Assembly: GCA_963727455.1 (NCBI GenBank)
Contig: CAVSGG010000008.1
Span: forward strand, 128,001 to 192,000
Reading direction: 5' to 3'
DNA length: 64,000 nucleotides
DNA from: Candidatus Krumholzibacteriota bacterium
Lineage (GTDB): Bacteria > Krumholzibacteriota > Krumholzibacteriia > JAJRXK01
Shown here: piece after piece, positions 23,176-32,825 of the stretch
How positions within the stretch are numbered: position 1 is the stretch's first letter
How the letters are laid out: each line of letters opens with the position of its first letter
The notes under the pieces: model-generated
The model's input: the letters and a program-made list of their open reading frames with translations, nothing else
The model's database searches: none
Told to the model about the DNA's origin: nothing
Program-made: the position numbers and the translations under genes

Positions 23176-24267
23176 TCATTTCGCCAGTTTGCTGGAGAGT
23201 TTTACCGCCGCCGCAGTAAGTCCCAGTGTTCGTGCCTCCTGAAAACTGGCCCAGTACAAGTCCTCGCTCTCTCCCTCGACCTCTCCCGCCACCGCGAATG
23301 CAGTGAGCGTTATGCGGTGGAAGGTGATGCTGTGCTTCACGGTCGCCAGTCGTTCTCTCACCCGCCACTCACCGTGATACTCGCGGCCGAGTTTCGCGAT
23401 TCTAGTTCGCGCCTCATTCTCGTCCATCTCGCCCGGATGCCAGGCCGTCGTCGGCAGTTCCCAAAGGCCTTCGTTGTGACCACCGGCCGAGCGACGACGC
23501 CACAGCACCTTCTCCTTCCTGCGCAGGATGGCCGCGTAGGCGGAAACCCCCTCGATGGGGCGAGCTGCGGCGCGCTCGGGGAGCTCGTCGACCCGCCCCT
23601 CCTGGTATGCTCTGCACTCCTTCGCCCACGGGCAGCTCTCGCATGAAGGGCGGCGCGGCAGACACACCAATGCTCCGAGTTCCATCAGAGCTTGGGTGAA
23701 TAGGTGGGGCGGTTGCGTCTTGATGAGGGTCTGCGCCACTTCCCGGATGGAGCGCGCGGCGGTGCCGCGTTTGGGGTCGCCCTCGATGGCAAAGACGCGC
23801 GACAGAACCCGCTCCACATTTCCGTCCACCGCCGGGACGGCTTCGTCGAAGGCAATGCTGGCCACCGCGGCCGCAGTGTAGGGGCCCAGTCCCGGCAGCT
23901 TTCGCAGCGCCGCATAGCGCTGAGGCAGCCGTCCCCCGTTTTCTTGCTGGATCTGTCTGGCCGCCTGGTGCAGCAAGCGCGCCCGCCGGTAGTACCCCAG
24001 ACCGGCCCACTCGGCCAAGAGCTGTGTGAGATCGGTCTCTGCCAACGACTTCAGGGTGGGAAAGCGCTCGAGGAAGCGCTCCCATCGTCCCTTGACCGCT
24101 TCCACCCGCGTCTGCTGTAGCATGACTTCACTGATCCAAATCGCGTAGGGGTCGCGGGTGCGCCTCCAGGGAAGGTCACGGCGTTCCGTTTCGTACCAGT
24201 CGACGAGAGCTTGGCTGAGCTTGCAGCCAAGTCGCGAAGTCAAAAGTGACTGGGGAACTTTCTTCAC
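23176..24267 (-). CDS. mutY: A/G-specific adenine glycosylase
   Basis: RDLPWR, WISEVMLQQT, WAGLGYYRRA, HhH LPGLGPYTA, VDGNV, CLPRRPSCESCPWAKEC; GTG start after GGAGG. Confidence 0.95.
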   Translation of the reverse strand: MKKVPQSLLTSRLGCKLSQALVDWYETERRDLPWRRTRDPYAIWISEVMLQQTRVEAVKGRWERFLERFPTLKSLAETDLTQLLAEWAGLGYYRRARLLHQAARQIQQENGGRLPQRYAALRKLPGLGPYTAAAVASIAFDEAVPAVDGNVERVLSRVFAIEGDPKRGTAARSIREVAQTLIKTQPPHLFTQALMELGALVCLPRRPSCESCPWAKECRAYQEGRVDELPERAAARPIEGVSAYAAILRRKEKVLWRRRSAGGHNEGLWELPTTAWHPGEMDENEARTRIAKLGREYHGEWRVRERLATVKHSITFHRITLTAFAVAGEVEGESEDLYWASFQEARTLGLTAAAVKLSSKLAK

Positions 24268-24371
24268 GCAGGATCCTCCGTTGACACCTCTCGTTGGACG
24301 CGGTGAATATAGAGCTTGGTGCATCGACCGTCCATCCACCCGCGCCCCACTCCTTCACATAGGAGGCAGAC

Positions 24372-26165
24372 ATGGCGGTAGAGACTCTCGTCGATCTCTT
24401 CACCACGGCAGTCCGAGATTATCCCCGCGCCGACATGTTTGCGTACAAGCGCGATGGCGAATGGCAACGCGTTTCGAGCGACGAAACCCTCGCCGCGGTA
24501 AAGGAACTCACCGAGGGACTGGCCAGTCTCGGGCTCAAGGAAGGCGAGCACATTGCGATCTTGAGCCAGAATCGACTGGAGTGGGTTCTGGCCGATCAGG
24601 CGATCCTACGCCTCAAGGGAGTGGTGGTCACCCTTTACCCCACTCTCTTGCCCAGCCAGGTTGAGTTCATTCTGTGTGATAGCGAAGCCACCGCCGTCTT
24701 CGTGGAAGACGAACAGCAGCTGGAAAAGGTCGAGTCAGTTCGAGCGCGATGCCCTCAACTGCGAACCATCATCTCCTTCGAGACGATCCATCGCGGCGGC
24801 ATCTATTCTCTGCAACAACTGCGCGAGCTAGGACTGGTCCAACTCGAACGTCATCCCGAAGACGCGGAAGCGCGGGGTAGGGGAATCAAGCCCACGGACC
24901 TGGCCACTCTCATCTACACCAGCGGAACCACCGGGGATCCCAAGGGAGTGATGCTGAGTCACCGCAACATCGTGAGCAACGTGATCAACGGCCTGAGGGC
25001 CTTCGATCTCGGACCATCGGACAGATGCCTGTCTTTCCTTCCCCTATCCCACGTCCTGGAGCGTACCGCCGGTTATTACATCATGGTTCACAGCGGGGTG
25101 GGCATCGCATTCGCCGAATCCATCGAGACCGTGGCCGCAAACATGGGTGAAGTCAGACCCACGGTGATGATTTCGGTTCCCAGGCTCTATGAGAAGATCT
25201 ACTCCAGGGTTTTGGGCCTTGCAGTGGCGGGGTCCCCCATCAAGAGGGGCATCTTCTTCTGGGCCAAGGCGACCGGTGAGGCCTGGGTGAAGAAGAAACT
25301 GACTCCGGCGCGCATCTCACCGCTTTTGGCCATCAAGAAGCTCCTCGCGGATCGACTGGTGTTCCGCAAATTACAGAAGAGGACCGGCGGCAGGCTACGC
25401 TTCTTCATCTCCGGGGGCGCTCCCCTGGCCAAGGAAATCGCCGAATTCTTCTACGCAGCGGGCATGGTCATCTACGAGGGTTATGGGCTCACGGAAACCT
25501 CACCCGTAATCGCGGTCAACAACGCAAAGGCATTCCGTCCCGGCACCGTCGGACCGCCGATCTTCGGCGTGGAGGTCGAGATTGCCCAGGACGGAGAGAT
25601 TCTCACCCGCAGCTCCTCGGTAATGATGGGGTACTGGAAGCGGCCGGAGGAGACCGCCGAAGTTCTCATCGACGGATGGCTCCACACCGGTGACATTGGA
25701 CGGCTCAGCGAAGACGGATTCCTGGAAATTACCGATCGCAAAAAGGACATCATCGTTACCGCGGGCGGCAAGAACGTGGCGCCCCAGCCCATTGAGAACG
25801 AGATAAAGCTGAGCCGCTACGTGACGGAAGCCTGCTTGATCGGCGACAAACGCAAGTATATCGTCGCTCTCCTGGTGCCGAATTTCGAGAGCCTGGACGA
25901 ATACGCCGCGCGCAACGAGTTGCACTTCGAAGGACGCCGGGGACTTCTGGACTCGAGTGCGGTCCAGAGTCTGTTCCAGCACCTCATCGACAAGGTGAAC
26001 CAGAATCGGCCCAGCTATGAACAGGTGAAGTACTTCCGGCTCCTGGATCACGAATTTAGCCAAGAAGAGGAAGAACTCACCCCTTCCATGAAGGTAAAGC
26101 GGCGCGTGATCCAGGCGCGCTACGCCGAGATTCTCGAAGACATGTACGCCGGCGAAGAAGGCTGA
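24372..26165 (+). CDS. fadD: Long-chain fatty acid-CoA ligase
   Basis: YTSGTTGDPKG, YEGYGLTET, LHTGDIG, DRKKD..GGKNVAP; RBS AGGAGG. Confidence 0.93.
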   Translation: MAVETLVDLFTTAVRDYPRADMFAYKRDGEWQRVSSDETLAAVKELTEGLASLGLKEGEHIAILSQNRLEWVLADQAILRLKGVVVTLYPTLLPSQVEFILCDSEATAVFVEDEQQLEKVESVRARCPQLRTIISFETIHRGGIYSLQQLRELGLVQLERHPEDAEARGRGIKPTDLATLIYTSGTTGDPKGVMLSHRNIVSNVINGLRAFDLGPSDRCLSFLPLSHVLERTAGYYIMVHSGVGIAFAESIETVAANMGEVRPTVMISVPRLYEKIYSRVLGLAVAGSPIKRGIFFWAKATGEAWVKKKLTPARISPLLAIKKLLADRLVFRKLQKRTGGRLRFFISGGAPLAKEIAEFFYAAGMVIYEGYGLTETSPVIAVNNAKAFRPGTVGPPIFGVEVEIAQDGEILTRSSSVMMGYWKRPEETAEVLIDGWLHTGDIGRLSEDGFLEITDRKKDIIVTAGGKNVAPQPIENEIKLSRYVTEACLIGDKRKYIVALLVPNFESLDEYAARNELHFEGRRGLLDSSAVQSLFQHLIDKVNQNRPSYEQVKYFRLLDHEFSQEEEELTPSMKVKRRVIQARYAEILEDMYAGEEG

Positions 26166-26187
26166 GGGCGATTCGTTCCGAGACGGC

Positions 26188-26222
26188 AGAGGCTCCTCCC
26201 ACAAAGGAGGAGCCTCTTTTTT
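26188..26222 (+). terminator. Intrinsic terminator after fadD
   Basis: AGAGGCTCCTCC-cacaaa-GGAGGAGCCTCT-TTTTT. Confidence 0.85.
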
Positions 26223-26243
26223 CGAGGGAGAGATGCTCGCGGC

Positions 26244-27779
26244 TCAGTGGCCGTTGCCCATGAGACGCGCCGTCGCATCGAGCCCAGCTGCGCCCCTGCC
26301 GGTAAACGAGATTCCCAAACTCGCTTTGGCAACGATACGCCCTTGTTTCCCACCAGCAAGTACCTGCTCAAAGCCGGCGACGTTCTGCACGCTATTGGGG
26401 TTCGACTCTTGATAGCTCGTCCCGTAAGTCGCGTTCAAAGCCATCGCGAACCACTCCGCAATTGCGCTGTAGCCTTTCTCGCTGGGGTGAATGCCATCGA
26501 GGCTGAATGCGCTATTGACGTTCTGCTCGGGCATTCCGTCCCCCGTCAGGTCCAGCCAGGGAAAGACCCCGTTGAGCGAGGTGTAGGTCTGCGGGTCCTG
26601 GGGATCCCGCGGCAGGGCGAGCATCTTCGCATTCACGTCCACCAGCGCCCAACCACGCGCCTGCGCCTGCTGAGCGATGATCGCGTTGTAGGCGTTGATC
26701 TGCCCTTCCACCGCATCCCATTCGGACTGCGTGATGGTGTACTCGGCCGGGATACTCTCAGTCCCGCCCGCAGGCGCGAGGTAGTCCGGACCCAGCGGAG
26801 GATCCAACTCGCTCGCCGCGGGGAGCAGCACGTAAATTACGTTGCTCTCGTCGGTCGTCCAGGGAACGAACCCCACGTTGGGCACGTCGCTTCCCAGGGG
26901 AACCGTGGTGAGATAGGGCAGCGTACTCTGCAGGTTGGCCAGGGCGATTTGCGCATCCGGCGCGAACGACTCTACCCGGTCGAGGATGCTGGAGTACATG
27001 CCCTGCCACACGGTGGACGGCGTCACGTTCACCCCGACCACCGGGTTGCCCGTGAGCACTCCACCCAGAATGTCGTTGTCGCCGATCCACAGGGTGAGGA
27101 TCCGGGGAAGGTTGACCGCGTTGATGGGCGCGCCGGTTCCCGGGTCCTGCCCCACGATCGTCTCGCGGGTGAAGTGCGCCTCGAGCTGATCCAGCTGCGA
27201 GGTATCGAAGGGGGGCAGAGCGGAATTGCGCAGGATGAGATCGAAGTACGCGTTATTGCCGGCCTGGCTGCTGGCCGCGTCGAGCGCGCTGTATGCGTCG
27301 GCCGTGGTGGCGCCGGGCACGCCCAGATTGTCGTAGGGCAAGGGGTAGCTGGCATTGCGCAAGAGCGTCGAAGGATCCACGGCCAAGCTGTCCCGCGTGA
27401 TCTCACCGGTGCCCCCGTCCACGTAGAGGCAGCTGAGCCCCGGCGTGCTGCCGATCCCCGTCTGCTGCACGGGAGTACCCGTCCCCACGAGCGGCATCTG
27501 CATGTACACCGGCAACTGGCTGGAGATCCGCGGGCCGCCCACCAGGGCGGTGAGCACCTGCGGGAAACCCGCGAGCTGGCCGGTGATGACCAAACCGCCG
27601 TTTTGAAAGCCGGCGGTGAGGCTGTTTCCGATCGAAACCACCGGACGGGCCGTGCGCAAATCCGCGTTCGTGAGCGGAATGTCTGGAGCGCTCGGCTGAT
27701 CCAGGCTACAGCCGGAGAGATTGCCAGCGGCAAGAAGAAGCAGCGCTGCCAGCGCGAGAAGGATATGTTGCGTTCGCAT
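26244..27779 (-). CDS. SGNH/GDSL hydrolase lipoprotein
   Basis: Lipobox LSGC; block I SIGNSLTAG, II NLGVPGA, III WIGDND, V DGIHP. Confidence 0.88.
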   Translation of the reverse strand: MRTQHILLALAALLLLAAGNLSGCSLDQPSAPDIPLTNADLRTARPVVSIGNSLTAGFQNGGLVITGQLAGFPQVLTALVGGPRISSQLPVYMQMPLVGTGTPVQQTGIGSTPGLSCLYVDGGTGEITRDSLAVDPSTLLRNASYPLPYDNLGVPGATTADAYSALDAASSQAGNNAYFDLILRNSALPPFDTSQLDQLEAHFTRETIVGQDPGTGAPINAVNLPRILTLWIGDNDILGGVLTGNPVVGVNVTPSTVWQGMYSSILDRVESFAPDAQIALANLQSTLPYLTTVPLGSDVPNVGFVPWTTDESNVIYVLLPAASELDPPLGPDYLAPAGGTESIPAEYTITQSEWDAVEGQINAYNAIIAQQAQARGWALVDVNAKMLALPRDPQDPQTYTSLNGVFPWLDLTGDGMPEQNVNSAFSLDGIHPSEKGYSAIAEWFAMALNATYGTSYQESNPNSVQNVAGFEQVLAGGKQGRIVAKASLGISFTGRGAAGLDATARLMGNGH

Positions 27780-27790
27780 GCGGAGCCTCC

Positions 27791-29107
27791 TTAGAAACGG
27801 CGGGTGTAGCCGAGAGTGAAGATGTGGGCGCGACTTGTATACGCACCATCCAAGCCGTCGTAGTTCTGCCCCACTCCACCCTGTAGAGTGTTGCGGTCCA
27901 CGAACTCCACCAGCATGTATCCGGCGGTGAGATCATAACGTCCGTCTCTGGAGGTCCAGCTCAGGCCCAGACTATAGTCGTTGCGATTGGCGTCGGGCAG
28001 GAGAGGCGAGATCGATCCCTTGGGTTGAGGCGTCTCGTCGTGCACGTAGCCCGCCATGAAGCGCAATTGGTCGCTCTGGCGATATTCGCCGCCCACGCGA
28101 ATCTGCCAGGCGTTTTCGTAGTTTTCCTTCAAGGTCTCCGTACTGCCGTCAGCGAACGCAAGAGTGACCTGATCGAAGGTCGACCAGCCGACCAGGACAT
28201 AGTCCGCCTCCAGAGCAAAGCGCTGCGAGAACTCGTAACGCACCGCACTCATGAAGAGGTCGGGGAAATCCAAATCCCCGCTTACGCCCTGCGTACCCAG
28301 TTTCGTACCCAGAGCCGCGGTCACCGCGTCATCGATACTCTGAGAACCGGTGAGTCGCTGCGTCACGGTAGCATCTACGTCCTTGAACTTGTTGGTGACA
28401 CCCATCTTGTAGTTGAAACCGAGAGTGAGCGGATCGACCGGCTTGTACATCAGAGCCGCCGCCAATCCCATGCTCACGCCGCTCGTCCCGTTGATCTTGA
28501 CGTCCGCAATGTTCAGATCATCCGCACCCGTTCCCAGGTTGGCCGTCGCAATGTTTTCCAGAGTGAGGTGGGTGATCACCGCGTGCGCTCCGATCGAAAG
28601 CGCGAGCCGACGATGAGGCTGGTAGCTCACGACGGGGCTCAAGTAGTAGCCCTGGATCTCCGCGTTGGTGGAGAGAGGACGACCCGCGAAGGTGTCCTTG
28701 CGGTCCCAGTCGACCCCCAGTCCGAAGGGAGTGAAGACGCCAAAACCCGCCGACCAGTCGCCCCTCTTGTAGCTAAGGTAGGCGCCGGTGGGGAAAAACC
28801 ACTTGCCCGCGGTCGCGCTCTCCACATCCCCGGGATAGCTGATCGGGGCAGCCCCCTCCGACCTGGTGAATTTGGATTCTGGATGCAGGGGAGAAACGTT
28901 CAGCGAGAGTTGCCAGCCCTCGGGTTGAAACGAGAGACCGGCCGGATTGAAGAAAATCGCGGAAGGATCGTCCGCGGTGGCGGTGAATGCGCCCCCCAGC
29001 GCAGTGGCACGCGACCCCATCTCGTAAATGTTGAAACCGGCGGCCCACACACGGGCTGAGGGAGCGAACAGGACCGCCAAGGCGATCAGGGCAAGCTGTT
29101 TTCTCAC
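27791..29107 (-). CDS. fadL: Outer-membrane long-chain fatty acid transporter (OmpP1/FadL family)
   Basis: Signal peptide, AGFNIYE..GGAFTATADDPSAIFFNPAGL, TPFGLG, LPDANR, C-terminal Phe. Confidence 0.92.
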   Translation of the reverse strand: MRKQLALIALAVLFAPSARVWAAGFNIYEMGSRATALGGAFTATADDPSAIFFNPAGLSFQPEGWQLSLNVSPLHPESKFTRSEGAAPISYPGDVESATAGKWFFPTGAYLSYKRGDWSAGFGVFTPFGLGVDWDRKDTFAGRPLSTNAEIQGYYLSPVVSYQPHRRLALSIGAHAVITHLTLENIATANLGTGADDLNIADVKINGTSGVSMGLAAALMYKPVDPLTLGFNYKMGVTNKFKDVDATVTQRLTGSQSIDDAVTAALGTKLGTQGVSGDLDFPDLFMSAVRYEFSQRFALEADYVLVGWSTFDQVTLAFADGSTETLKENYENAWQIRVGGEYRQSDQLRFMAGYVHDETPQPKGSISPLLPDANRNDYSLGLSWTSRDGRYDLTAGYMLVEFVDRNTLQGGVGQNYDGLDGAYTSRAHIFTLGYTRRF

Positions 29108-29300
29108 TAGCACCTCCTGGATCCGAGCGTGAGGAGCATCACGCTAAACAGACCACAATATCTGATGTGGCCACGAGTTTCGTGGACCCGGGAGAGGATG
29201 TCCAACGCTAATCTGGGCCATGCACGGGCGGAGCCGAGATTCTGGCCTTTTTCGGCCCCAGGACGTAGTCTAGGGTTTTCCAGCGCCCGAGGAGCTTGGC

Positions 29301-30644
29301 TTGATTCTGGAACGATGCACGCACGCTCTCAGCTTGCCCGAGGCTCCGCTTGCCGTGTTGAACAAGTTGCATCGAGCCGGATTCCGCGCGCTAGCGGTGG
29401 GAGGCGCGGTACGCGATGCGCTCTTGGGGGTGGCCCCCAAGGATGTGGATCTCGCCACTTCCGCCACTCCCCGGGAAGTCGCCCAGCTCTTCCCCCACTC
29501 CCACGAGGTGGGTGCCCGTTTCGGCGTCATGCTCGTGATCGAGGAGGGCGTAGCCGTCGAGGTCGCCACCTTCCGCTCCGAAAGCGGATATGAGGACGGC
29601 CGTCATCCTGGGCGAGTCGAATTCGGCGCTCTCGAACAGGACGCGACTCGCCGTGACTTCACCGTAAACGGTCTCTACTACGACCCCCTCCGCGACGAAA
29701 TCATCGATCCGGTTGGGGGGATGAAGGACCTAAAGGCCGGTATCCTGCGAACGATCGGCGATGCCTCCCGGCGCTTCCAAGAGGACCACCTGCGCGTCCT
29801 GCGTGCCGCCCGCTTCGCCGCGCAACTGGATTTCTCTATCGAGAGCGACACCTTCGAAGCGCTTCGGGAAAATTCTGCCCGCCTGCAATACACCAGTGCG
29901 GAGCGCGTACGGGCGGAACTCGAGGCGATGCTCTTGGGTCCCAGGCCGGCACGTGGCCTGAGAATTCTGCACTATTGCGGGATCCTCGAGGTGGTGCTCC
30001 CGGAAGTGGAGGCGATGATCGGTGTCCAGCAGCCCGTCGATTTCCATCCCGAGGGCGACGTCTTCGTACACACTTGCCTGGCCCTCGAAGTCTTGCGACC
30101 CGATACCCCCGTACTCGCCTGGGGTGCCCTGCTCCACGACGTGGGAAAGCCCCTGACCTTCAGTGTCAAGGATCGGATCCGATTCGATCGTCACGTTCCG
30201 GTGGGCATGGAAGTGGCCGAGAAGATCCTGCGACGTCTGCGTTGCGATCGTAGTACGATCGAGCAAGTGGTCGCCTTGATCCGCGAGCATCTGCGATTTG
30301 CCGCGGTAATGAAGATGCGTCCGGCGACCCTGAAGCGCTTTTTGCGCCAGGAAAACTTCGCCGATCACTTGGCCTTGCACCGGGCGGATTGTCTCTCTTC
30401 CCACGGAGATCTCTCGCTCTACGATTTTTGTCGGAAGCAACTCGAGGGGCTCAGGGAGGAAGGCCTCAGGCCCAGATCACTTCTGAGCGGACGCGACTTG
30501 ATTTCCATGGGTTTCGCTCCCGGGCCGCTTTTGGGCACCATCCTGCGCGCCGTGGAGGACGAGCAGCTCGAGGGGCGCCTGCAGTCGGTCGAGGAGGCCA
30601 GGGCCTTCGTCGCTGCGCGCTGGCAACCCGGCACGAGTGCTTGA
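29301..30644 (+). CDS. cca: CCA tRNA nucleotidyltransferase with HD domain
   Basis: VGGAVRD, DVDLAT, EVATFR, DATRRDFTVN, EDHLRVLRAARF, HPEGDV..H, LLHDVGK; CCA versus CC/A-adding not resolvable here. Confidence 0.9.
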   Translation: MILERCTHALSLPEAPLAVLNKLHRAGFRALAVGGAVRDALLGVAPKDVDLATSATPREVAQLFPHSHEVGARFGVMLVIEEGVAVEVATFRSESGYEDGRHPGRVEFGALEQDATRRDFTVNGLYYDPLRDEIIDPVGGMKDLKAGILRTIGDASRRFQEDHLRVLRAARFAAQLDFSIESDTFEALRENSARLQYTSAERVRAELEAMLLGPRPARGLRILHYCGILEVVLPEVEAMIGVQQPVDFHPEGDVFVHTCLALEVLRPDTPVLAWGALLHDVGKPLTFSVKDRIRFDRHVPVGMEVAEKILRRLRCDRSTIEQVVALIREHLRFAAVMKMRPATLKRFLRQENFADHLALHRADCLSSHGDLSLYDFCRKQLEGLREEGLRPRSLLSGRDLISMGFAPGPLLGTILRAVEDEQLEGRLQSVEEARAFVAARWQPGTSA

Positions 30645-30669
30645 TTTCTCCAGCTCACGGAACCTTGCC

Positions 30670-31356
30670 CTACGGCAGGAGTGCTAGTTCGTGTACGAGC
30701 TGCGCACTCGCGTGACGCTTGAATGACGTCGTGAGCGCCTCGGCCGTTTCGAAAATGCGCTCAGGTTCGCAGTCTGACGGTGCGAATACGATCGCCAAGA
30801 GAGTTGTGGTGGAGGCGGTCACGCGGGTGCGCGAAGAATCGCTGGTGGGCGAACCGAAGGCTCCCGCCTCGTCCGCGATGCACAACCTACCTTCCAGGTG
30901 AACCGGGCCCTTGCGAATCCCCGGATACTCCTCTCCGGACAAACCCTCGCGGATCGAGGCGCTTTCGCCCTGGATCCTGGCGCGATCGTAGAGACCAATC
31001 GGAAGCAGGGTCTTCAGCGAGGCGAGATTTCCCGAATCGACCACGTTGTTCAGATGATACAGCTCTCTGCCCTGCAGGGCCCGCTTCAGCAGGGCCTCGC
31101 TCGATGGTCTCGTGCGGGTGGGGTCGATTCCAAACGAGCGATAGAGGCGGCGTGCGTGTGCGACGCCATCGACCCGACCCACGCTCTGAGCTCGAAATCG
31201 CTCCTTCAGACGCGCGGCGAGCTCAGTAAGCTCCAGGTAGGCGTCCTCATCCTCATCGACTCTCACTTCATCGTACCACAGAGCGTGCGCGCGAACGCGT
31301 CCCGCGAGGCTTTCCGACAATCCAACCGAAGGATATGGCAACTCTTTGCTTGACAT
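30670..31356 (-). CDS. Stand-alone B3/B4 (PheRS-beta-like) tRNA-editing domain protein
   Basis: GIDPTRTRPSSEALLKR, NNVVD..N..S...LPIGLYD, GSPTSDS. Confidence 0.88.
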   Translation of the reverse strand: MSSKELPYPSVGLSESLAGRVRAHALWYDEVRVDEDEDAYLELTELAARLKERFRAQSVGRVDGVAHARRLYRSFGIDPTRTRPSSEALLKRALQGRELYHLNNVVDSGNLASLKTLLPIGLYDRARIQGESASIREGLSGEEYPGIRKGPVHLEGRLCIADEAGAFGSPTSDSSRTRVTASTTTLLAIVFAPSDCEPERIFETAEALTTSFKRHASAQLVHELALLP

Positions 31357-31532
31357 TTTCTCAGTCTACGTTTCGACCGTCCAGCCTACCTGGCGTCTGG
31401 TGGTTGACAGAATCCCTCGCTCCACGAATTCTTTAGGGAAGATGTCATGCCGCTCCGGGTCACGCCAGACTCGGTGAGATTGAGGGCTCTCAAGTGCGGC
31501 GTCAACTGACCGCAGGGGAATGAGATCGCGCG

Positions 31533-32825
31533 ATGATCGATTTTGAACAGAGGGGAATTCTCCGCAGCGCACAGCGCTTTCTCGGACCCTTCAAGCGGCC
31601 CGCCGAGGAGATCTCCGTCCGGGATTTCCAGGCGGTCGTCGATTTCCTTCTGGCGCATACCGGCGGAACCGAGGCACTGCTCAACGAACTATGTTCGTGG
31701 GAAGATCGCGAGCTGGATTCATTCCTGGGAGCAAGCTGGCGTTCGCGAGTTCCCGAAGCCCGTGAGCTCGCTGCCCAGCTGCTGATGCGCCGTGGCTGCG
31801 TTGGGCTCGTGTACCGCCTGGAAGAAATTCTTCGGGATGAAGACGGCGCCCGCTGGCTCACTGACGTCCTGAGCGATGTCGACGATGACGAGAGTACCCG
31901 CCTTCTGATCCAGTTGCTCGATCACGGGGAACTTGGAGTTCGCCGCGCTGCGAGCAAGGGTCTTTGCCGTCACCGCACCCGGCTCGACGCGCGGAACTTC
32001 GTGCGTCACCTCGCGCGACCCCTGGTCAAACAGCTGGCCCATCCTCAGCCCAATGCTTCGGTGCGATGCCTGCATCGCATCGCAGATCGTGCGCTCGAGC
32101 CGGATTTTGGTAAGGACGCGGCGCGGCGCGCGGAGCGCGTGCTCATCAACTGCGTTCGGCACGATCTCCGCCCTTCGGTCAGAGGAGACGCCGTGGCGGC
32201 GCTCGGCGAGATAGGAAGCAGAAGCGCGGTGCGCTGCCTGGTGGACATGCTCGCAAGAGAGGATGCGTCGCTCCATCGGGAAGTGGTGATTGCGCTGCGC
32301 AAGATCCACCCCCAGCGGGCGCTCATGGCACTCCTTGGACTCTTGCAGAGCCGGGATCCAATCATTCGGGAAGAGGCGGCTAACGCGCTGGGAGCGATCG
32401 GCAATCCCAGAGCGGTAAAGCGGCTGCGCGTTCTCCTGGACGACGAGAACGCAGACGTGAGACAAGAAGCGGTGCTGGCATTGGGACGACTGGGAGGACG
32501 CGAGGTTCTGGTGAGTCTGGAGAAGGCCCTCCAAGATCCAGATCCCTCGGTGCGCATCTCCGCCTGCTCCGCCTTGGCCCTCAGTCTCGGCGATCGCGCA
32601 CAAGGTAAGCTGATTCGCGCGCTCTACGACACCGCAGCAGGCGTTCGCTCGGAGGCCGCGTTCCATTTGGGGACCCTGGGAGACGAGGGAGTGCGAATTC
32701 ATCTCGAGGGGAGACTGCTCGACCTGGAGCGCGACGAATTCGGGGAACCGGTGGCTCGGGAAGCCAGGCGTTCGATCTTCAGGATCGATCTCATGGCGGC
32801 GCGCCGCAAACGCGCTCTCCGCTAG
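31533..32825 (+). CDS. HEAT/PBS-lyase repeat protein
   Basis: Repeated VRxxAxxALGxIG units of about 31 aa (e.g. IREEAANALGAIGNPRAV, VRQEAVLALGRLG). Confidence 0.85.
   Translation: MIDFEQRGILRSAQRFLGPFKRPAEEISVRDFQAVVDFLLAHTGGTEALLNELCSWEDRELDSFLGASWRSRVPEARELAAQLLMRRGCVGLVYRLEEILRDEDGARWLTDVLSDVDDDESTRLLIQLLDHGELGVRRAASKGLCRHRTRLDARNFVRHLARPLVKQLAHPQPNASVRCLHRIADRALEPDFGKDAARRAERVLINCVRHDLRPSVRGDAVAALGEIGSRSAVRCLVDMLAREDASLHREVVIALRKIHPQRALMALLGLLQSRDPIIREEAANALGAIGNPRAVKRLRVLLDDENADVRQEAVLALGRLGGREVLVSLEKALQDPDPSVRISACSALALSLGDRAQGKLIRALYDTAAGVRSEAAFHLGTLGDEGVRIHLEGRLLDLERDEFGEPVAREARRSIFRIDLMAARRKRALR

Noticed and set aside
26247-29059. 515-aa and 344-aa plus-strand ORFs
   Set aside because: Antisense shadows of the GDSL and fadL genes; the same applies to similar ORFs opposite icmF, the NSS transporter, batA and moxR.
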